A DNA stretch of 64,000 nt from the NCBI GenBank assembly GCA_020536535.1, contig JAHLWZ010000791.1, forward strand, positions 1-64,000, read 5' to 3'. Shown piece after piece: positions 1-12,821 of the stretch. The stretch comes from Pelomyxa schiedti (Eukaryota > Protista > Evosea). Made by a program: the position numbers and the translations under genes. Position 1 is the first letter of the stretch, and every line of letters begins with the position of its first letter. The notes under the pieces were generated by a model, which saw nothing but the letters and a program-made list of their open reading frames with translations, searched no databases and was not told the DNA's origin.

Positions 1-423
1 CCCCCCCCCCCCCCCCCCCCCCACCAGCCAACCACCCCCGGCACCAAAAATTCGATTTTGTGCGTCGTTTTTATCGGCTCCGGAGCCTCTGTGTGTCCTG
101 GAAACACGCTCCCCGGGCAGCCCCATCGACGGTCTGCCTGGTCTGCGCACTTCCCGCCAACTTGGAGGCCCCAGTGCGGAGAACCACCAAAAATCTATGT
201 GCTTTTTCGCACGCTGGTGTTTTTTTCACGCACCCGTTTTCCTCAGAAAATTTTCATCATTTTGTTTTTGCTCAGCCTTGGAGTGCGGGAGCGTGTGGTT
301 CGACGACGGTTAATGGGGCGTGGGTGGGCGTGGTTGGTCAGTGTTGTTGGTGACAGCTTGTGAAGTGCCACTGAACATTGATTGTGGAAAAAATAACAAG
401 GGAAGTGTGGTGGGGCCACACCA

Positions 424-483
424 CACTGCGACTCACCACTTTGACACTGCGACTCACCACTTTGGCACTGTGACTCCCCACAC
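424..483. repeat. 21-bp tandem repeat, about 2.8 copies (CACTGCGACTCACCACTTTGR)
   Basis: Units at 424-444, 445-465 and a partial, diverged unit at 466-483, read directly. Confidence 0.85.
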
Positions 484-1382
484 AAAACAGTCGTTTTGGC
501 ATTTTACCCCAAGTCCCGGTTGGGGCAGAACAATGACAATTGTTTTATTATTGTTCTGTCAAGAAAGTGAGTGTGGTGCCACGGCTGAGTCTGAACCTCT
601 GATACGCAGGGGATAACCAACCATACCTATTTGTGGGTATGTGGCAGGGTGCCACTCTGGTAGTGTAGGGGTGAGTATCTATTATCCGTGTCGACGAGCC
701 AGTGGCCACACATACAAAAAAAAGAACGTTTCAGGGGGTTGCACGGATAACCAGAGCAATACCGACGCATGTTATCCTTCCACATGTAGCTCTCAACAGA
801 GACAGGTGATCAAGTACAGGTGTTTGGAAGTTGTTGACCGCCTGATGGTGCCTGTGCAATGCTCAACGGAGGAACAGGAGAAAAAAGTTGGTGGGTCTGT
901 TCGATTTCCATGAATTTTGTTTTACGAATGGCGTCGGCTTCTGCGACAGTTGGTGAAGGGGCGTTGTCAGCCCCGGTAGGAGGCGGTGGTGTGCACGTGT
1001 GTGAGACGTGGGGCGATGCGCTTGTCTCGGTGGGGTTCTCCTGCCCCGTGTGTCACGCCACCGCAGATTGTGGGACGGTATTCTTGTTGTTGTTTGATAA
1101 TTCCCGAGTGATTAGTAATATGAGTGGGCTTTTGGGCTCCTCCGTTACCTTCTGAGTGTCAGTTGTCTCACCAATTCGTTTTTCTATGGTGATGCTAGGA
1201 TGAGGCGTGCAAGAGATTGCAACCTTTCGCCGTTGGGCCTTTGGCTGTGTTGTTGAAGGACATGTACCAACTCCTCAAGGTAATCTATTTAATACCATGA
1301 AACCCAAACTGAGTTCTCACATACTCTTTACAACCAGGTCTACACTCCTACAACACATGATCTCAACCAAGAGATAAAGTCA

Positions 1383-4169
1383 ATGACAGAAAAAGTGGAG
1401 ACAGCGTTAAACCAGTTTTTCGAGCCAGAAGACCAGCGGCAGCAAGCAGTCCTTGCTCAAAAGCACCGAGCTCGCCTCTTTGTTCACACTTTGGAGGAAC
1501 TCTATGCAACTGGTACTTTCCCTCCCCCTTTTTTTTGTGATACTCACCAATTTCTCCCCCAAATGGATTTAATAGAATCCGATTATGTACGGGACCTTAC
1601 AGTGATGATTGAGGTATACCACATATTATGTGTCCCAAGGATTCAAATTGTTTTTAACAGGTTTGGCAACCGGAGTTGAAGAAGACTGGGGCCATAGCCA
1701 CAGCAGTAAGATATTTTGTTTCTCACGGTGTACACTTATGTGGCTTCTAGGACCTAGGGATAATCTTCAACGACCTGTACCCACTCCTTAGCTTATCTAA
1801 GGATTTACTAGAACTTTTCAAAAATGCTAAAGGTTTTCCGCATTTGCAATTACATAATATTTAAAACCTTCTCTCAGAGGCACCACTGGCTGAATTGCGG
1901 TTAGGTGAAAAATTGAAGAAGATGGTAGATAGATAATATGGACTCCCCATATCCACCTTTTTTTTAAAGATACCGTTTCTCCAATTGTACAGCCAATATA
2001 TGCAAAGTCAAGGCAAGGTCCGTGACATACTTACAGCAGCCAAAAAAAATACTAAGTTTCTTTCTCATCTGGAGGTGAGTACCTCAGATAATTCGTTAAG
2101 GATTCTCAGAACAGCAAATAGAAAGTGAAGCACACAGTCCCAGCAGTCAAAAATTTAGATCTAAATGATTACCTCATCAAACCTGTCCAAAGGGTTGCCA
2201 AATACCCTCTTCTCCTAAAGCAGCTCAGTGAGAGCATACCGCCAGGTAACCTGACAGGTTTGACTTAGTTGACACTTTTCCTAGATCATGCAGACTTTGC
2301 TGTACTCAATGAAGCACTGGATAAAATGCGAAGTGTACTTGTTCGTATCAATGATGCACAAAAGGAACAAGAATCCCGCACTATCATCAATGAGCTGACA
2401 CATAACTTGACATGGACAAATGTGGTGCCTGGCCAATTTATCGAAGCAAAACAGCACTCACTTCCCTTAGCCATATGACCTTATTGCATCAAAAGTCCTT
2501 TTGATTCTCCAAAAGAAACTGAAGTTCTCGGTGCTCAAGCATCCTGAAGAACAAGATGTATTGCCAAAAAATATTTTGAAGGGGAAAAACACTTGTGTAG
2601 GGAAATTATGTCATTCTCTTTGACAGAGCGATTCTCCTATGTAATTTAAAGAAAAAAACGGGGAAGCTTCAAGAAATATCTTTCTATCCCCTTGTAGAGT
2701 GCACACTTCATCCTGGTTGGTTGGAATACTCAAATTTAAAAGTCACACTTGTATAGGGCCCCCATCAAGTACCCAGTTCACTATCACAAGCAAGAACCCT
2801 GATGAAGCGGTCTTGTTTTCTCCCAAGGATATACATGCCAGTAAATTATTGTTCAATGCACTAACTGAAGCCTTGAAACAACTCCCCCTCAATCCTGAAA
2901 AAGTACGTAGGTTCTTACAGACTGTTAATACTAATTCTACTAGGCCCTTGTTCGAAAGGATGCAGCAAAGGATAAAACTGAAGGAATTGCGTGTGTATGC
3001 ATCCCCATAAGTAGGGAATACATTTTGACCCTCATAGGCTTCTCCATCCCCCATTTTCGAGAAAGAAGCCGTTCACACGGACCAACCAACCGCCACAGAA
3101 GAGCCGAGTAGCTTACCGAAGCCAGAACTTCCTTCGATGGACAATGTCACTCATCTCTCCGTTCAAGAGTGCCCTGAAAGCTTTCAAGGAAAACTTGTCA
3201 CAACAGATAGTAGGTCCAAGCTTTTAACTGCTCATAATCGTCTCTCGCTGCAAGTGCTTGTATCGAACCCAGTACAACTCCAAGGTGTAGTTAAACAAGG
3301 GTTGGCAGACTCCAGCTTACTCCGAGAAAACGAAGACACTTCTAAAAGTGACGACGACACTCCACCTGTTGAAGACAATAAGGCTCAGGTCGAAACAGTA
3401 ACTTACCTCTCAGTCAATCCAGCCGATGCTCCGGCAACAGAGGGCAGCGAATCAGTTCCCGGCCACAAGCACAAGCACAGCCACAGTCATTCCCACAAAC
3501 ACAGAGGGGATATAGGCTCCGTCTCCAAGAGAAGCAAGAAACCACCGCACCATGCGCATTCACCATCCCCCCACTCCCGCTCATTATCTCCGCATTCCGA
3601 TAATGTTCCCACTTCCGCACAGCCCTCGGCTGATAGTACACTTCAACCAAAGGTCACTCCTTCACCAGAGACCAAAATCCCAGTGAATAATCCTGACCAG
3701 AACACACCAAACAACAGTGCCGCTAATTGTGAAACCTCCGCCGGTATTGCCTATCTCTAAATCCCAAAATAAAATCTAACCAAAAAAAGCAGCAGGCACA
3801 CATGTCCCCGATTCACCCAACGAACCAAAGTCGCCTCCCATAACCAACAAGCCCCCTCCCGCCGAATCTTCCACGTGCTCGATCTCCTCTGCCCTCACGC
3901 CACTTTGTCCCATAACACCACCAAATACATCAACCACACCGTCGCTCAGTGACAGCGGCAGTCAATCGCTTGGAGCCAACGGCAACCAAAAGCAATCACC
4001 AACAAGCAAGGGCAGTAACACGTTGGGCGTTGCAGCTCCGCGGTTGCAGTCGTCGTATCAGACGCCACAGGGCGAGAGCAATGAGCTGCTGTGCAGGAAT
4101 TGTGGGAAGACCACACCGAGATCCGCCTTTTGTTTCAACTGCAAGAAGCCCGTCATGTGGAGATCTTGA
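1383..4169 (+). CDS. RhoGEF (DH-PH) with Ser/Pro/His-rich region and C-terminal zinc ribbon; multi-exon
   Basis: Spliced translation gives EELYATESDYVRDL and LDLNDYLIKPVQRVAKYPLLLKQL..PPDHADF..LNEAL..M..V..RIND (Dbl homology), followed by PH-like exons. The last exon ends LLCRNCGKTTPRSAFCFNCKKPVMWRS-TGA at 4167-4169. Confidence 0.9.
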
Positions 4170-4521
4170 TCTCGATCTTCCACCTCGAGGGCAAATGTGC
4201 TGTTGCATTGATTCACTTTGGTGCGAGACTTGTGTTTTATGTACAAAGAAGAACAACCAATGTTGTGAAAACAATGAGCTTCATGGTTTCATAGCTGCGA
4301 AAAGTTGTTTTCAAGGAACTGTCCCTGTTGTCAAGGCTTCGAAGCCTCAGCACCTCCACCCATTGACGGGTTTCTTCTGTGACAGGTAAAGATGACAAAC
4401 CCGAAAAAAGCAGGTAGAAATCAGTTACGCGAAGGACGCTTTCCGCGCAAGGGTTCTTGCCCTTTTGCGTTTCCTCTTCTTTTTCATCACAAACAAACTG
4501 CTGATTCCCTCACCTAGAAAA

Positions 4522-6523
4522 ATGTCGTCCTTCGGGCCACCACTGCGTTCCCACAAACGACACAAATCGGCGGCCTCGGCGGGCGTATCTCCCAGCACAT
4601 CCAGTTGCCCAGCTGATGAATATCACGCCGGGGCCTTCCAAAACGGTCACACATCCAACATCAGCACTATCAACAGCCTATTCGACTCTGGGCGAGACAC
4701 CCCCACGCCCCCGCTAGCCTCACTCACCCCGTCCCTCGACCTCCAGTCCCCCGCCACCCTCCCCCTTTCATTCTCCCAGGGTCTCGGCTATCCCAGCCTC
4801 GGTTCCGGCGGCGGCCTCCCTGGGCAGCCCACCGCCCCCATTTCCCTCGGCTCCTGCTCCCCGTTCGCGTCGTGCCTGGGGTCGTCGGCTCACGCCCCTC
4901 CGTCGCTCCTGTCGTCGTCCTTGCCCGACTACAACCCGGGAGCGAGTGCAAGACTAACGACGAGCGGCCTCAACGATTTCAGCAGGGCTTTTTTTTCATC
5001 TGCTGCGCCTTCCGAGGCCAGTTCCAATTTCAGTTTCAGCTGTAAAGATTCCAGTGGCAGGGCAATGGACCCGTCTCAATCGTCTCACTCACCATTGTCC
5101 TCTTATAGTTCTTTTCTCAGCGCCACTCGGACACTTGGTAATGTGGAATTCCACGCATCATTACCGCCATCACCATCACCTTCTTCGTCGACCCGGAATA
5201 ATCACTCTTCACTTTTTCATCAGCTTAACTGCACTACCCTTGATGGCACCTGTACATTTTTATCTTTACCTTCTTCACCATCATTGCAGCTTATGTCTCC
5301 AGAACTCTCTTATATTAATATGCCACCTTCAGGAATGAATGTAACTTCACCATTAAACACTCCCCCATTGGCGACACCACTAAACAGTCCTATTCAGACA
5401 CCCACCCAAACCGTTCCTGTGGCACTCTCTTCTCACAGGCAGTCACATAATGAGGCTGAGTTTGTAGATAGTTTCTTCAGAGGCACAACGCCATCCACTG
5501 AATATTGTGGAGTGTCTATGGCTCCCATGGGGAGCTCTTCTCCGAGCCAAGCAATACTGAGTTCGCCGCTTATAGCAGACTTCACTTCACCCTCCTCCAC
5601 ACCTTTTATGTTTATTAGAGAAACCAGTGCTGATTCCACCTCATGTTTTGGCACAGATTCAACTGAATCAATCCACATTCCTCAGAGGGAGCCCCCCTCT
5701 ATGTCTCTGGTGCGGACAAGCACTCGAGATAGCAGGCCTCCAATTTCCAATGTCAGTCTTTTATCTCCTAAGAGTGCTGAAAGCACCTGCACTTCGCAAA
5801 GCAAATATCCCCACGTGCATCTTGTAAAACGGAAGGGACTAAGAAGACGAAGTAAACTAAGCCCGCTATCCCCTTCGCCAGTGGTACACAGCGATTCACC
5901 TGGTAGGGTAGCTTTGCCTTGTTACACATTATCTTTTGTAATGCAAACTCGTCCCAGAGTGGCACCATCTTTTCCAGGTATCTGCCCTTAGTTACATCAA
6001 ATTAGCTCACCCCCACTATGAAGCTATATATCAGCTACTGAGTGTCATAACGGATAGTGTTGATGATGTGATGGCCATCATTCTTGATCAAGTGTGTATT
6101 CCCTCTATTTTGTCGTCCTACTCAAGTGAGTTCAAGAATGGAGTTGCATTGCATTGCAATACTGTGGTTACCCGGGCCCTGGGCATACCTGAAGCACAGT
6201 TCTCCCAAGGGGTACAATGGCTCAATGCCATAGTTTCCAAGCCGGAGCAATACCAGCTTCACGGGGTATGGCCAATGATAGTGAGTGGCACAAGGGATGG
6301 AACTAGGGAAACCTACAGCAACCTCGTGGATACAATAAATGGGCCAACCATGGTACATTGGAGCTATGTAAGTGTCAGCGATCCGACCAACAGATCAAGT
6401 CCACTGGTGCTGGCGTTTGGCAATAGATCCACCTCCGAGGTTGATCAGCGCCTCTCTATGGCCAAGGAGGAAATAGAAGCCAGCTTCTTCAGGGAATCCC
6501 ACGATACAGAGGATAATGAGTAA
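4522..6523 (+). CDS. Ser/Pro-rich disordered protein with C-terminal PAS-like domain
   Basis: Long low-complexity exon from ATG 4522. Last exon ILDQVCIPSILS..NG.ALHCNTVVTRALGIPEAQFSQG..W..IV...VDTINGPTMVHWSYVSVSD follows the PAS pattern. Exon joining is inferred. Confidence 0.55.
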
Positions 6524-6678
6524 CACAAGTCATTGTAAAGAGCTGTACAAATAAAGTGTATTTTTATTTTTTTATCTTCCTGTTTTTTCTCATTACTTCG
6601 GTCTCGTTTTTAAGAGGTGCCGAAGGTACGTCTTTTTGGTACTTTTAAAACAACGGTTTGAAGGCAGTGTTAAAGTGA

Positions 6679-7956
6679 ATGCTATCGTTGCAACTTTATT
6701 TCCTTAATAATCATACAGTGAGCTTGGGCGCAACTACCAACTGTAATGTCACTATTCCCCTCGTAGGTGCTATGTCATGGACAGTCACTAATTGTCTGAG
6801 TACTTTGCCAGAAGCATTCTGCTATGTGGGAAATGTGGCTGGCTACTGCAGTACTGTGATATGGTTGCTGGTGCTGTTACCTCAGGTAATACTCGAGGTT
6901 ACTCTTGCTGAGGGTTCACACCTAATTTATCTCAGTTGTACAAAAACTGGAAGCGAAAGTCCACGGCCGGGCTCTCACCTTGGTGGGCAACCGCTAATTT
7001 TACTGCCTCTTTGTGTAATATCTTCTTTGTTTTCCGCAATGATTTGCCCTTGTACTCAAAGGTTTGAATCAAAATAAACAGTATTTCCCTAAAATTACCT
7101 AGATATCCGCTGTGTATTTCGTAGTTATCGAAGCATGCCTACTGTTACAATTCCTATGGTATTGGAAAGCTAGGGTATCTTTGCGTGCAGCATTAGCTTG
7201 TGGAGGCGCCATTGTTAGTTTCTCTATCATGAAGCATTGTTTGAAATTATTCTAAACTCGCAGGCCTCATTCTCGGTGCTTCTTGTGGAAGGTCTTGTGC
7301 CATCTGTGACAAATCCATTTCAGTGGATAAGTACAGTACTTTGGGCAACTGAACTGTTTCCTCAATTGTACCCCTTACTCGTACTATGTTTTGGGCTTAT
7401 GCACCCAGATACTTAAACTTCTTGCTGGAGTCTACTGATGGGCAATCTGCAGTCAGTATCACTATAACTCTAATTGGGAAAACTACAGATTTTATTTCTG
7501 GTTATTTTCTTGATATGCCCCCTCAAGTACTTACTGAATGGCAACTGCATCCCCAATTTAATTACACTTCAGGTTCTAGTAATGACCTTCTTCTCATCGA
7601 GCACAGCCTTTACCAACGTTATACAAGCGATATATTACAATTCCAAATGGTTCGCAAAACCTGCACCACCTGTACCGGGATCTTCAGCCAGCACATCGGC
7701 GCTCACACAACATCAGCATGCAAAATTCTTGTTTGGAAAAGCACCGAGTGCGGTTCTCATTCTAGCAGTGGCATCTGGATTGATTGTATTTCTGGTTGGC
7801 CTGGAGTGGAGATTGAAGGGCCAGATCCTCGCTATTTTGTGCCCGCCAGCTCTCTGGATAGCCATTGGCGCCTGCTACCTTGCCACGTGTGATCTCACCA
7901 ACCCGCATAAAGATAGCGGAAAAGATTCGGGCACCGCATTTTCCTCCAAATGGTGA
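6679..7956 (+). CDS. PQ-loop repeat membrane transporter (PQLC2/cystinosin-like); multi-exon, start uncertain
   Basis: Two PQ loops: WLLVLLPQ|LYKNWKRKSTAGLS and WATELFPQ..LNFLLESTDGQS; several hydrophobic helices. Confidence 0.85.
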
Positions 7957-8126
7957 CACGCAGGGAACTACTTTTCTTGTTTTGACATGTACTAAAGCAC
8001 CAGTTTTCTCTTATTGCCGTGAAACATTTACGAGTGTTTTCCTTCTTTCTCGTCGACAGAGATTGGTAACAAAATTTCCATTCCGTTTTCTGGCCTCGAT
8101 GAAATTCAAAAAAAAAAAAAAACCCA

Positions 8127-11100
8127 ATGTCTGGGGGTGCAGCGGTCTGCGGAGATCCGCCTGTCTCGCAGACAGTCCAGCCAGCAACGACACCCACCAG
8201 ATCTCCCTATCTTGGTGTACGAAGGAAGAAGGTCACTGACACGTCATCGACGTCGCCTTCATCTGGCATTTGTGCGGAAACCAGCGACGCAGACGACTAT
8301 TATGTGGCAGATGAAACGACTTCTTGTTTGTCGCCGCCCCTAAACGTCTCGTCAGGGACGTCTCCGGAAACCGCTCATCGGGCGCGAAATAACACTTACC
8401 CTTTGGCTTCTGGTATATGTGGGTGTGCAGCAATCGGCGGCTTGATATCCGATGCAGAATCGATGCGATCTATGCAACCGGAGAAGCTGCATGCTGCACT
8501 GCACGCAGCAACAGCAGCTTCGCCGGCGGCATCGTCGGCAGCCGCCACAGCTGTCACTTTGGTCACAACTTTGTCACCACTGAGTGTTTTTAGTGGCACG
8601 CATTATGACAAAGCCGAGAGTGATGAGGTCACTGCCGCGAGGCTCACAAAGACCTATGAGATACTGTTAAGACTTGGAAACTGCAAGTAACCGTACTATT
8701 CCTCCGTCATATAGTTTATATTCTGAAGGTGGCCTGAGCGCCTTCCGAGCAGCATAGGAGCTGAGCAAGTCGAAGTTTGGAATGAAGCCGAACAGAGAAG
8801 AAAGAGAGTTGCCATGTTTTCAGCAACAACATTGTCAAATGCAACGTAAGGAAAGGATTGAATGTGACAATTCTGAACTACCCATACAGTGCGATTGTAT
8901 CATCTAAAGTTAACTGGCTACTGCACAGTAATGAAAATGGCGATTCCAGGACATCACCAAGTCCGGTACAACAAAGAGTTTGGTTTCCCAAAACTCCTGA
9001 GCAAATTTGGGATCAAATTTATGAAAAATGGAAAGGTGTGCTTGTCAATTTTCCAACTTCAAGTCACAAGAAAATCTTAAGGCGACTTCAGTCAATTGGA
9101 ACGGACCAGGGAGCTTTGTAACGCCATTAAGAAGTTTGGCATTCCAAGTGACCTGCGCGGCCCTGTAAGCATTCTCTTCATTACCTTTATTTTACGACAT
9201 GGTTATTTCCATAGATATGGATGCACTTAACAACAGCAACAAAGCACCAAGAAAGTAATCCGGGACACTACTCCAGTATGTGCTCGATATATGGGTTTCA
9301 GACCTCCCTAGCAACTTCACAAGTAGAAAAGGTGATTCAAAGTAATTTGTTGTCTCCCTGAAATGATACCAGGACATTGAGCGAACATTTGTAAGCAGTG
9401 CTGCACTTCAAACTGAAGAAGCTAAAAAATTGCTGCGCCGAGTTCTAAATGCATACAGTTGGCATAACCCTGAAGTGGGGTATTGCCAGGCTATGAACTT
9501 CATAGCTGCTGTGCGTTTTAGTGTGTATGCATGTTCTTGAACTGTGCTTCTTTTTCTGTTTAGTCGAGCCTGCACTAGGCTCTTCATTTTGTGTTTTATG
9601 AGTAAAATTTTTACTTACTTTCAAATTTCAATGTTAGGCCTTGATATTACATTTGGATGACGAAGATTCATTTTGGTTTGTTTCTGCTGTGTTTTCCCTG
9701 ACGCTTACGCAAATAAAGGCTTCTTGAAAGCATTGTCAAAGATATTCTTCCCCGTGACTATTACAAGTAACTTTGTATCAACTTGAACTTGGTCACACTT
9801 TGTAGAGAGAAACTCGATGGTGTACTGATAGATATGTGGGTATTGAATATTCTTGCAGAGCACCACTTTCCGAAACTGATGGTACACTCTCACATTTTCC
9901 TCAGGGCTTATTAGAATTAGCAACATTTATCGCAAATATCTGTAGTGCTTGATGTTTTCCTTGCGAGATGGTTTCTCAGTTTGTTTGTTGGTGTGTTCCC
10001 TCTCGAAACGGCAATTCGCGCCCTTGATGTAATCTTCCTAGAGGTAATATTCCCTTATCTTTTTTATGGGAAGTTTAAAAAAAAAAAAGGGGGATGCAGT
10101 CATGTTCAGTATAGCTCTCGGTCTTTTAAAATTTAAGGAAAATGAGTTACTCAAAGCGGATACAAGTTCTGCAATGATTATACTCCGTGACATACCCAAT
10201 GATGTCTCACCCAATACTATGTGTCAGGTTGACATATTAGGCATCCTCTCTTTTAATTATTGTACAGGCAATAGGTTGTGTTCCTCTGATAAAGCCTAAC
10301 AAACTTGATGCTTTACGGAAAGAAGGCAGACAAATACTTGCAGAGCAACGCTCACTACTTCCTCCAATTGGAAGCGCGTCCGCGCGGCCAATACAAACGC
10401 CCCCAACATCAACTCAAAACGGAACAGCTACCGCTACATCTACAGCTTCAGCGTCAGCTACGGCTATACCCACATCTACATCTACAGTTTCAGATTCAGC
10501 TTCAGCTACAGCTATACCCACATCTACAACTACAACAACCACACCACCAGCAATGCCAACTTCAACCACGCCACCATTAGCTCCAACCACACCATCAACC
10601 ACAACACCTGTACCAACAGCATCAATATCAATACCAATACCGGCACCAGCACCCAAGACTTCAGACCAAAACTCGGTTTGTACCGAGGATGTATTGAATC
10701 TAGCGCAGTCGAGCTTAAGTGAAAATGTAACAAACAGTATACAGACACCTGTAACAGTATCGGCTTCAGTAACCAGACACCTCCTGGCTGAGCCCCAAGT
10801 TGTATGTACCGCACTCCCACTTATCAGGAGTTGTAAAAAATACCCACAACAAGTATGAACTTGATGGAGCTTTGTGGTGTGGGCCACATCTCTCTGTTCG
10901 GCCTGGTTCTCGTGCATCCGTCTCTCTAAGAAGCATCCAAGACTTCCTGTCCTAGTAAGTCTTTCATTTTCCCTTTGAAGCACAAGCACTAACTCCTGTC
11001 CAGTGACCCGATTCAAATCATGACCGATTGTCAAAACAGTGGGTTCACACCAAGATCAGCCAGTGGGAGTCTCAGGTAACAAATCCACCCTCATCCGCCA

Positions 11101-11210
11101 CCGTCCCTTACAACGCTCACAGGACCATCCCTGACCTCTATGACAACACCGACTCGCCAGTACCGCCCCAGGCCACCCCAGCACCATCCAGCACTCCAAA
11201 TTTACTGTAA
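8127..11210 (+). CDS. TBC-domain Rab GTPase-activating protein; multi-exon
   Basis: GIPSDLRG, DIERTF, LRRVLNAYSWHNPEVGYCQAMNFIAA, RWFLSLFVGVFPLETAIRALD; Thr/Ser-rich tail. The 3' end is approximate. Confidence 0.9.
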
Positions 11211-11270
11211 ATAAGCTTAGTTCATCAAATCTCGTTAATTATTGACAATCCTCAACCAATAGAATAAGCC

Positions 11271-12587
11271 ATGGAGTGCGACGACGATGGACGGCGGCCT
11301 CTGTGGTGGGTCCCAGGGCTCATTGTTTGGGCTGCCATCGTAGCTCTTAGGTGGGGGTATGGCCTGGGCGCGCTACACGTGGCCGGCGGCGCCGCCATCT
11401 CCTTCGACGCGGTGCTGTGGCTCCTGAAGCGCATCCACCGCCCCTCCAGCCCCGCGCACTCCTACTACGAGTCCGCCCCGCTCCCCGTTGTGCCCATCGT
11501 GACGCGGCTCTGCGGCGTCGCCGCCATCGCGGTGGCGTGGTGCACGGTGCGCGGCGGCGGCGGCAACAGCCAAGGCGAGATCGAGAGCCCCGCGCACCAC
11601 TGGGCGTGGCGGTGGGTCGACGCGGCGGGCCTGGCGGCCGTCGCGTGCTACGAGGTGCAGCAGTGCTGCCGGCTGCCAGTGGTGGCGTGCCGCGCCCTGG
11701 CGGAGGGCCGCAGCGGGGGCGTGGGGGCCGACGCGCGGGTGGGCCCGCTGGGGGCCGCCGTCGTCGGGGCCCTGGGCGGCGCGGCGGCCGGCGGCTGCGT
11801 GTGGTGGGCCAGCGGGCTGCGGGCGGTCGGGCGGGACCTGCCTTGGGGGGGCCCGGCTGCTGTGGGGGCCGTTGTGTGCGGGGTGGCTTGTGGGGCGGTT
11901 CTGTGGGCGGCCGTGAGCTCGGAGAGCCGCGGGAGCTTCGTGAGCGCCGTGGTGGTGTGCGCCGTTTGCGTGATGATTCAGTGCCTCGCTCCCACCGCTG
12001 TCTCGGTTGTGCATATCGCGGAACAGAAGGCACCTGAGGTTATTATGGGAACACCTGCCGGTTTGGGTTTGGCTTTGGATGTCGCTGGGGCTGAAGCCAG
12101 GAAGCCATCAAAGTGGGGCGTACTGCTTCCCATGTTTGGCAGAATGATAGTCCGGACACTTGGGGGAGGCTATGCTGCAGCTAGTAGGAAAGTTGAACCT
12201 ACTCAACTCTTGAACACTCCACCTGTGCCGCCGCCACCTATCGTTGAATTCATTCCATCATCGCCACACACACAATGGATCAAGCACGTTATTTCTTGCT
12301 GTTTAGCACTCGTCTGCCTTGGGGCCACGGCATATCAGAACGCCGGAGCTCCGTCTTCAGATAGACTGGAAGATACTGAGGATACTGTAAGCATATACCA
12401 CAACAACAGCAGCCTAGCTCGCTCTCTGCGCCACATTGGAAGAATTCTGTCCTGGGACCTCATCAATTCCATTGCCGGTATTTACTCCATCAAGTTGCTT
12501 TTTGGAGATGTGGCCACACCCGGCCTGTGGTTGCGTACTACACAAGTTGTTCTAATATGCTGTTTCTTCTGTGCATCAGTAAGCTAA
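11271..12587 (+). CDS. Intronless multi-pass membrane protein, possibly ICE2/SERINC-like
   Basis: 438-aa ORF with about 8-9 hydrophobic segments; family resemblance is weak (see findings). Confidence 0.65.
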   Translation: MECDDDGRRPLWWVPGLIVWAAIVALRWGYGLGALHVAGGAAISFDAVLWLLKRIHRPSSPAHSYYESAPLPVVPIVTRLCGVAAIAVAWCTVRGGGGNSQGEIESPAHHWAWRWVDAAGLAAVACYEVQQCCRLPVVACRALAEGRSGGVGADARVGPLGAAVVGALGGAAAGGCVWWASGLRAVGRDLPWGGPAAVGAVVCGVACGAVLWAAVSSESRGSFVSAVVVCAVCVMIQCLAPTAVSVVHIAEQKAPEVIMGTPAGLGLALDVAGAEARKPSKWGVLLPMFGRMIVRTLGGGYAAASRKVEPTQLLNTPPVPPPPIVEFIPSSPHTQWIKHVISCCLALVCLGATAYQNAGAPSSDRLEDTEDTVSIYHNNSSLARSLRHIGRILSWDLINSIAGIYSIKLLFGDVATPGLWLRTTQVVLICCFFCASVS

Positions 12588-12821
12588 TCACCTCAATGCT
12601 TGTTTGGATAATACCAGCCGGCATTATATCACACCTCACTTCAAAACTGTAAATCACTAAAGCAAATTTCCATCCCACTCTGTTGCCCTTCTGTGGGCAC
12701 CTTTCTACTTGGTTCTTGTTACTGAAGAGATAATTCTTTGTGTTTAGCCGAAAATAGAGACTGGGACCAATGAAAGGCAGAGGAAAAAAACAAAAAAGAA
12801 AAAAATAATTAAGAAATAGAG

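Noticed and set aside
1-22. Poly-C run as telomere or G-quadruplex
   Set aside because: Pure homopolymer at the window edge with no telomeric unit; possibly an assembly artefact.
424-483. 21-bp repeats as a CRISPR array
   Set aside because: Contiguous tandem units with no spacers and no cas genes, in eukaryotic DNA.
800-1260. Minus-strand Pro/Thr-rich frame that looks coding
   Set aside because: Interrupted by stops, no recognisable motif and no reliable splice model.
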